DNA of 32,000 nt from Candidatus Baldrarchaeota archaeon (lineage in GTDB: Archaea; Asgardarchaeota; Baldrarchaeia; Baldrarchaeales; DXJG01): assembly GCA_019056805.1 (NCBI GenBank), contig DXJG01000004.1:90001-122000 (forward strand), given 5' to 3'. The position numbers were made by a program, and so were the translations under genes. Every line of letters starts with the position of its first letter. Within the stretch, counting starts at the first letter, position 1. Shown piece after piece: positions 27,033 through 32,000 of this stretch. A model generated the notes under the pieces. That model had not been told where the DNA came from. It did not search any database and saw only the letters and a program-made list of their open reading frames with translations.

Positions 27033-27956
27033 ATGAAAATAGCTATACTAGGAGCGGGAGCGATAGGAAGCCTATTTGGAGCACTACTGTGGGAGTCAGG
27101 GGAAGACATAGTATTGATTGGAAGAAAAAAACATGTAGAGGCTATAAGGAGTAGGGGATTAAGAATCTCAGGTATGAGTGGTGAAAGAATAGTTAAACCT
27201 AAAGCAGTAACAACAACGCAAGAAGTAGGAAAAGTAGATCTAATAATAATTTCTGTAAAGTCTTATGACACTGAACAAGCAGCAGAAGATGCATTAAACA
27301 TGGTACATCCTGACACTGTGGTTTTAACGATACAAAATGGACTAGGAAATATCGAAAAACTATCTGAAATAATCGGGGAAAAACACGTGATTGGCGGTGT
27401 AACTATGCAAGGTTCAACATTCATAAAACCTGGAGAAATATATCACGCAGGAAGGGGTCCAACTATAATAGGAGAACTAAATGGAGAGATAACAGATAGG
27501 GTAAAAAGAATAGCTGAAACATTTAACAAAGCAAAAATAGAAACTGAGATAACGAGAAATATATGGGGAGTTTTATGGGACAAAATAATAATTAATACCG
27601 GAATAAATGCTTTAACAGCAATAACCAGAATGAAAAATGGAGAACTACTTAAAGTACCAGAAATCAAAAATACGATGATCGAAGCAGTAAAAGAAGCAGT
27701 AAACGTAGCAAAAACCCTTAACATTAAACTAGAAGTTAAAGATCACGTAAAAAAGGTAATCGAAGTTGCAGAAGCAACAGCAAATAACAAATCTTCAACG
27801 CTACAAGACATTGAAAGAGGAAAAAGAACAGAAATAGACTTCATAAATGGAGCAATAGTTAAACTAGGCAAAAAACTAGGCATAAAAACACCAGTAAACG
27901 AAACCTTAACAGCCCTAGTAAAAGGAATAGAATGGAAACTTTCAACAAGTGTTTAG
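27033..27956 (+). CDS. panE: 2-dehydropantoate 2-reductase
   Basis: GAGAIG, VKSYDT, QNGLG, WDKIIINTGINALTAI, SSTLQD, KRTEIDFINGAI. Confidence 0.94.
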   Translation: MKIAILGAGAIGSLFGALLWESGEDIVLIGRKKHVEAIRSRGLRISGMSGERIVKPKAVTTTQEVGKVDLIIISVKSYDTEQAAEDALNMVHPDTVVLTIQNGLGNIEKLSEIIGEKHVIGGVTMQGSTFIKPGEIYHAGRGPTIIGELNGEITDRVKRIAETFNKAKIETEITRNIWGVLWDKIIINTGINALTAITRMKNGELLKVPEIKNTMIEAVKEAVNVAKTLNIKLEVKDHVKKVIEVAEATANNKSSTLQDIERGKRTEIDFINGAIVKLGKKLGIKTPVNETLTALVKGIEWKLSTSV

Positions 27957-28046
27957 CAATCAGTATCCTATGAAAGTATCTTTATACAAAGGTACAAGAA
28001 TACTCACTCGTACTTCATTGCACTTAATAAACTGTTAATATGAGAG

Positions 28047-28847
28047 TTACTTCTTTATTTTCCTCGCTTTAAATCCAAATAAAATATGTCTTGTTTTTTC
28101 GAAGCCTATTTTTTCATAGACTTTTCTTGCAGGGAGATTATCTTTTGCAACCCAGAGTATTATTTCTTTATTGAGACTTAATAGTTCTTTTAAGAGGGCT
28201 GAGCATGCTGATGTGGCAAGACCTCTATTTCTTAAAGAAGGAAGAGTGTATACCCCTCTAATAAGAGCAATATCATCTATGATCTCAGGGACAGTTGCAA
28301 GAGACGCTAACAAGCCCTTTTCATAGGCTCCGTATGCTGTACCTCTGCGGATCGCGTTTTCAACCCTTTTCTTCTCCTTTTCTCCAAACTGCTTCAAAAC
28401 CTCATCAAGATCTTCAATTCCCAATTTTTTGATATAATGTCTAATCATTGGTTTGAAGGTGTTAGGATTTAACTTCATGACAAAATATGTGGTTATTTTG
28501 CCCTGGCTTGATGAATCTGATGGTTCAACAGGCTCAAAAACCTTTTCAACTACTGCTAGATGATGAGGCTCTATAACAAATGTCACTTCATCTAAATCAA
28601 TACAATCTAAAAGTTTAGCTATACTTTCCACAGTACCATGTGTGTGAACTATTCTATTATCAAATTCAAAAATATAACCATGAATCTCCTCGTTTTTAAA
28701 GGCTATCCAAACTTTAGTTTTGTCTCTCATATATTTTAAGTCGTAGATAGTGAAAATGTGTAAAATTTTATCTCTACCGAGAAAATCAAGAAAAACTTTT
28801 TCGTTTATTTTCTCAATAGGGTATATTCTTAAAGAACTATGCATCAT
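28047..28847 (-). CDS. GNAT family acetyltransferase (C-terminal GNAT, FR47-like)
   Basis: IRGVYTLPSLRNRGLATSA, DNLPARKVYEKIGF. Confidence 0.85.
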   Translation of the reverse strand: MMHSSLRIYPIEKINEKVFLDFLGRDKILHIFTIYDLKYMRDKTKVWIAFKNEEIHGYIFEFDNRIVHTHGTVESIAKLLDCIDLDEVTFVIEPHHLAVVEKVFEPVEPSDSSSQGKITTYFVMKLNPNTFKPMIRHYIKKLGIEDLDEVLKQFGEKEKKRVENAIRRGTAYGAYEKGLLASLATVPEIIDDIALIRGVYTLPSLRNRGLATSACSALLKELLSLNKEIILWVAKDNLPARKVYEKIGFEKTRHILFGFKARKIKK

Positions 28848-29055
28848 ACTTCGCCATAGCCATTTAATTATGAAAATAACATTTTAACAATTATATGTGC
28901 TTACATAGAAATTTTAAACTTTCCTTGGAGCTTCATAACAATTTCATTTTGCCAAAATATCTTATACTAAAGTAACAAGATACAATATTCTTTAATTGAA
29001 TTGTTTGGTATGTTTCTTATGTCATGATTGTAGATTTAGGCGGGATGGTGACACA

Positions 29056-30138
29056 TTGAAAATACGTAACATTGAAGATGTTAAATCCGTTGTTTATGGT
29101 GGTGCATTTTTCGGTGGCGGTGGAGGAGGACATATCAGTGAAGGTCTAAAGTATGCGGAGCTTGCTCTTAATCTTGGTGGTGAAATAAACATTTTGGAGC
29201 CTAATGAGATAGATGATGAGCAAGTACTTGTGACTGTTTCTGTTGTTGGTTCTCAAGCTGCTGAAGAGAGATATTTGAGACCTATACATCTAGTTAGAGC
29301 TGTCGAGGTACTTAGGGAGAATGGTGTAAGAATTGATGGATTAATACCTTGTGAAATGGGTGGAGTTAATAGTGTTAATGGATGGATCCAATCAGCAATT
29401 TTGAAAATACCAGTTGTTGATATTCCATGTGATGGAAGAGCTCATCCAACAAGTGTTATGGGCTCCATGGGGCTTCACAAAGTTAAAAACTACATTTCTA
29501 AACAAGCTGTCGCAGGAGGGGACCCTGAAACTGGTAAATACTTAGAGCTGTTTGTTTCAGGCAGCTTACAAGTGGTTAGTAGATTTGTTAGGAAAGCAGC
29601 TGAGGAAGCTGGTGGTGAAGTTGCGGTAGCCAGAAACCCGGTAGAAGCAAGATATGCTAAAATTCATGGAGCTTCGGGTGCTATAAAACAATCTATGAAA
29701 ATTGGTAAAATTATCATCGAATACATCAGTAGAGACCGCATGGAAACATGTTATAAGGTGTTTGAGGTTGCAAAAGGAGAAGTTATAGGTGAATGTAAAA
29801 TAGATGATGCATTTCTCGAAACACGTGGTGGATTCGACATAGGAATCATAAAACTCGCCTGTGGCAGTAATAGATATGAGATGGTGTTTTTCAATGAGTA
29901 TATGACTTTAGAGAGGAACGATCAAAGAATCGCTACGTTTCCAGATCTAATAGTATTAATGAATCCTGAAACAGGATTACCGATGCTATCCGCGGAAGCA
30001 TTAAAGTCTAGGGGTAAAACTGTAATTGTAGGCTATGTTCACAAGGAGCATCTTATTCTTGGAGATGGGGTTAAACATCCAGAAGTATATATAGATTTAG
30101 AGAAAATTATAAACAAGAATATAGCACGCTATCTTTAA
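29056..30138 (+). CDS. DUF917 family protein
   Basis: GGAFFGGGGGG, PCEMGGVN, CDGRAHPT, FFNEY, ATFPDLI. TTG 29056 follows GGTGA by 4 nt; the ORF-track extension to 28996 is probably spurious. Confidence 0.85.
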   Translation: MKIRNIEDVKSVVYGGAFFGGGGGGHISEGLKYAELALNLGGEINILEPNEIDDEQVLVTVSVVGSQAAEERYLRPIHLVRAVEVLRENGVRIDGLIPCEMGGVNSVNGWIQSAILKIPVVDIPCDGRAHPTSVMGSMGLHKVKNYISKQAVAGGDPETGKYLELFVSGSLQVVSRFVRKAAEEAGGEVAVARNPVEARYAKIHGASGAIKQSMKIGKIIIEYISRDRMETCYKVFEVAKGEVIGECKIDDAFLETRGGFDIGIIKLACGSNRYEMVFFNEYMTLERNDQRIATFPDLIVLMNPETGLPMLSAEALKSRGKTVIVGYVHKEHLILGDGVKHPEVYIDLEKIINKNIARYL

Positions 30139-30180
30139 CCATCATCTTAAAAATAATAATTTTTGGTCTGAAATCGTGAA

Positions 30181-30564
30181 ATGACCGAACTTTGTGAGGT
30201 TAAGATTTTGATGAAAGAGTCAGATTTAACTTTAAGGGAAGCACAAATGCTAGTTAAAAACTTTTTAACAACAATGGGCAAAGAATGGTCGCAAATAGAT
30301 AATCACTTTTATCTAATCACTCATTTAATGGAGGAAATTGGCGAGTTAGCAAGACATGTAATAACTATAGAATTCAATCTAAGCTTAAACAGAACAGAAA
30401 AGAAAGTTTTACCAAGAGAAAAAGCGTTATCGTTAATAGAAGATGATTTAGGAGATCTCTTGTATCATATCTTTAAAATAGCAATTGCATATAACATTGA
30501 CATTACCAAGGCGTTTCAAAAATCAATGAAAAACATCCAAGAAAAATATTCCAAAACAAAATAA
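30181..30564 (+). CDS. MazG-like nucleotide pyrophosphohydrolase
   Basis: HLMEEIGELA...DDLGDLLYH. Confidence 0.82.
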   Translation: MTELCEVKILMKESDLTLREAQMLVKNFLTTMGKEWSQIDNHFYLITHLMEEIGELARHVITIEFNLSLNRTEKKVLPREKALSLIEDDLGDLLYHIFKIAIAYNIDITKAFQKSMKNIQEKYSKTK

Positions 30565-30778
30565 ACATGTAATAAACTTACAGATTTATGCAAACTATGT
30601 ATCGGCGTTTCCTTTAAATAATGCCACTAACTTGTTGACTAACCAGTCTAGTTTTCTTCTTACATCTTCTTCCTCAACTTATAGTTAGTTTCATGGAACA
30701 TCTTTAAAACTCGCCTTAAAGATACGGAAGAATATTTATTAATAGAATATTATAGAGATTATATTTGGTGTAATTAAT

Positions 30779-31033
30779 ATGTCAACTATAGCCATTAGAG
30801 AAGAAACAAAAAGAGAATTATTAAAGTTTGTATCAGAACTTCAGATCAAGTTAGGTCGTAGAGTTGATTTTGACGAAGCGATACGATTTTTGTTAATGTA
30901 TAAGAGGAAAAAGAACCCTAACCTTTTATTAGAGGCATGTATTCCAAGAGAAGATGTTGAAGAAGCGTTAAAAGAGCTTTATGAGGAGAGAAGAAAGGAT
31001 GAAAGAAAGTATAACAGGTACATTAGCGGTTGA
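30779..31033 (+). CDS. vapB: VapB-like antitoxin
   Basis: 84 aa, MSTIAIREETKRELLK...VDFDEAIRFLL; directly upstream of and overlapping a PIN gene. Confidence 0.75.
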   Translation: MSTIAIREETKRELLKFVSELQIKLGRRVDFDEAIRFLLMYKRKKNPNLLLEACIPREDVEEALKELYEERRKDERKYNRYISG

Positions 31034-31436
31034 TGCCAGTGTTTTAATAGACCTATTAATGTTATCTATTCGAGGCAAAATTATCCAGAGAGCTCTCTTA
31101 GATGAAATAGTGGATGTGCACACAACAGAAGTGGCAATAATAGAAACAAAATATATATTATGTAGAAGACTGGGATGGAATGAAGCAAATGTCCAAGTAG
31201 AAAAATTATTAGCATCTGGTTACATAAGTGTTGAAAAAACAGAGCCAATAGTTGACTTAGCTGCCAAATATAAATGTGAAAGAAACATATCACTAGCTGA
31301 TTCTTTAATATTAGCTTTAGCGAAGAAACTTGGTTGTAAAGCTTTATTTTCGCATCGAGAAAAAGAATTAATTAACGAAATTCAGAAAAAGAAATTCGAT
31401 GTTGAAATAATTTTCTTAGAGGACTACGAAAAGTAA
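30999..31436 (+). CDS. vapC: PIN-domain toxin (VapC family)
   Basis: VDASVLI, EVAIIETKY, ISLADSLILALA. Start set at ATG 30999 (ORF track gives 30981). Confidence 0.85.
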   Translation: MKESITGTLAVDASVLIDLLMLSIRGKIIQRALLDEIVDVHTTEVAIIETKYILCRRLGWNEANVQVEKLLASGYISVEKTEPIVDLAAKYKCERNISLADSLILALAKKLGCKALFSHREKELINEIQKKKFDVEIIFLEDYEK

Positions 31437-31609
31437 CTTTCCCATAATAAGCAATATTATGAACAAGTGATACTAAACATATTAAGACGTAAAACTTTAC
31501 AAGTTTTTTCGCTTAGCCTCATGTCCTACCATGTTTTGACGTGGAAACTTCCTAGATTGTAGATTTATTTTTAAGCTTCTCATGGCTTATGATAGTGAGG
31601 TGAGAGGTT

Positions 31610-32000
31610 ATGGTTTATTGGTATGATTTAAGTTGGGATGAAGTTAAAGAAAAACTTCCAAGTATCAAAGCTGTTATTCTTCCAATTGGCAGTTGTGAAC
31701 AACATTCTCTTCATCTTCCTTTAGGCACAGATACCTATAGTGCAGTTCACTTATCTGAGAAGGTTGCTGAAACCCTAAAAGACAAGGTATATGTTTTACC
31801 TCCAATATGGTACGGCATTTCTCCACATCACATGAATTTCCCCGGAACAATAACTTTGAGCGAGGACACTTTAATCGGACTTGTTTTCGAAATAGCTTAT
31901 AGTTTAAAACAACATGGGATCAAAAAACTCGTTATCATAAATGGTCATGGCGGAAACATACCTGCCTTAACAATAGCTCTTAGAGATATAAGAGACGGAC
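31610..32000 (+). CDS. Creatininase (creatinine amidohydrolase) family protein, N-terminal part; runs off the window end
   Basis: Absent from the ORF track. ATG 31610 after GAGGTGA. Reads MVYWYDLSWDEV...ILPIGSCEQHSLHLPLGTD...YGISPHHMNFPGTITL...INGHGGN. Confidence 0.93.
   Translation, partial: MVYWYDLSWDEVKEKLPSIKAVILPIGSCEQHSLHLPLGTDTYSAVHLSEKVAETLKDKVYVLPPIWYGISPHHMNFPGTITLSEDTLIGLVFEIAYSLKQHGIKKLVIINGHGGNIPALTIALRDIRDG

Noticed and set aside
542-27724. Many antisense or alternate-frame ORFs in the track (e.g. 542-886, 1511-1723, 9498-9704, 11180-11470, 14134-14547, 18024-18353, 22107-22511, 23202-23504, 27443-27724)
   Set aside because: Each overlaps a well-supported gene and has the Ser/Ile/Phe-rich composition of shadow ORFs.
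28996-29055. Cys-rich N-terminal extension (CLVCFLCHDC) on DUF917
   Set aside because: Looks like a metal-binding motif, but the SD-supported start is TTG 29056 and the family begins there.
30181-31436. MazG-like plus vapBC as a single defence/stress system
   Set aside because: A 214-nt gap separates them, and both are common stand-alone archaeal genes.
31443-31507. Short palindromes CATAATA-N5-TATTATG and AAAACTT-N3-AAGTTTT after vapC
   Set aside because: Almost purely A/T arms are expected by chance in this composition.
1-32000. CRISPR array, tRNA/rRNA, IS element, or in-frame stop recoding (Sec/Pyl)
   Set aside because: I saw no spaced direct repeats, no cloverleaf or GC-rich RNA gene, no transposase, and no gene needing readthrough. 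This was a by-eye scan only; tRNAscan and CRISPR finders were not run.

Overview
AT-rich archaeal chromosomal segment, probably from an Asgard archaeon. The archaeal call rests on the archaeal CoA route (pantoate kinase plus phosphopantothenate synthetase), an MtrH homologue and a short MetE. The Asgard call rests on a small GTPase next to a longin-fold gene; the taxonomy is inference, not searched. About 36 CDS, two cut by the window edges, and no rRNA, tRNA, CRISPR array or transposase that I could recognise. Main blocks: (1) a coupled metF - core metE - mtrH-like operon, then SCP2 and an FAD oxidoreductase; (2) DUF2148, hydantoinase B, tldD-pmbA; (3) a minus-strand run of a divergent Rab/Rho-like GTPase, a longin plus coiled-coil protein, a Tubby/LURP-one-like protein, a decayed second GTPase missed by the ORF track, and two membrane proteins; (4) radical SAM, flavin reductase, surE, HAD, metallophosphoesterase, MFS, a GNAT fusion and an HD protein; (5) a CoA cluster (coaBC, pok, pps, panB, panE) interrupted by a surface glycoprotein gene; (6) GNAT, DUF917, MazG-like, vapBC and creatininase. 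The best candidates for undescribed systems are the GTPase/longin/Tubby-like cluster and the MetF-MetE(core)-MtrH methyl-transfer operon. All family calls come from motif recognition by eye.
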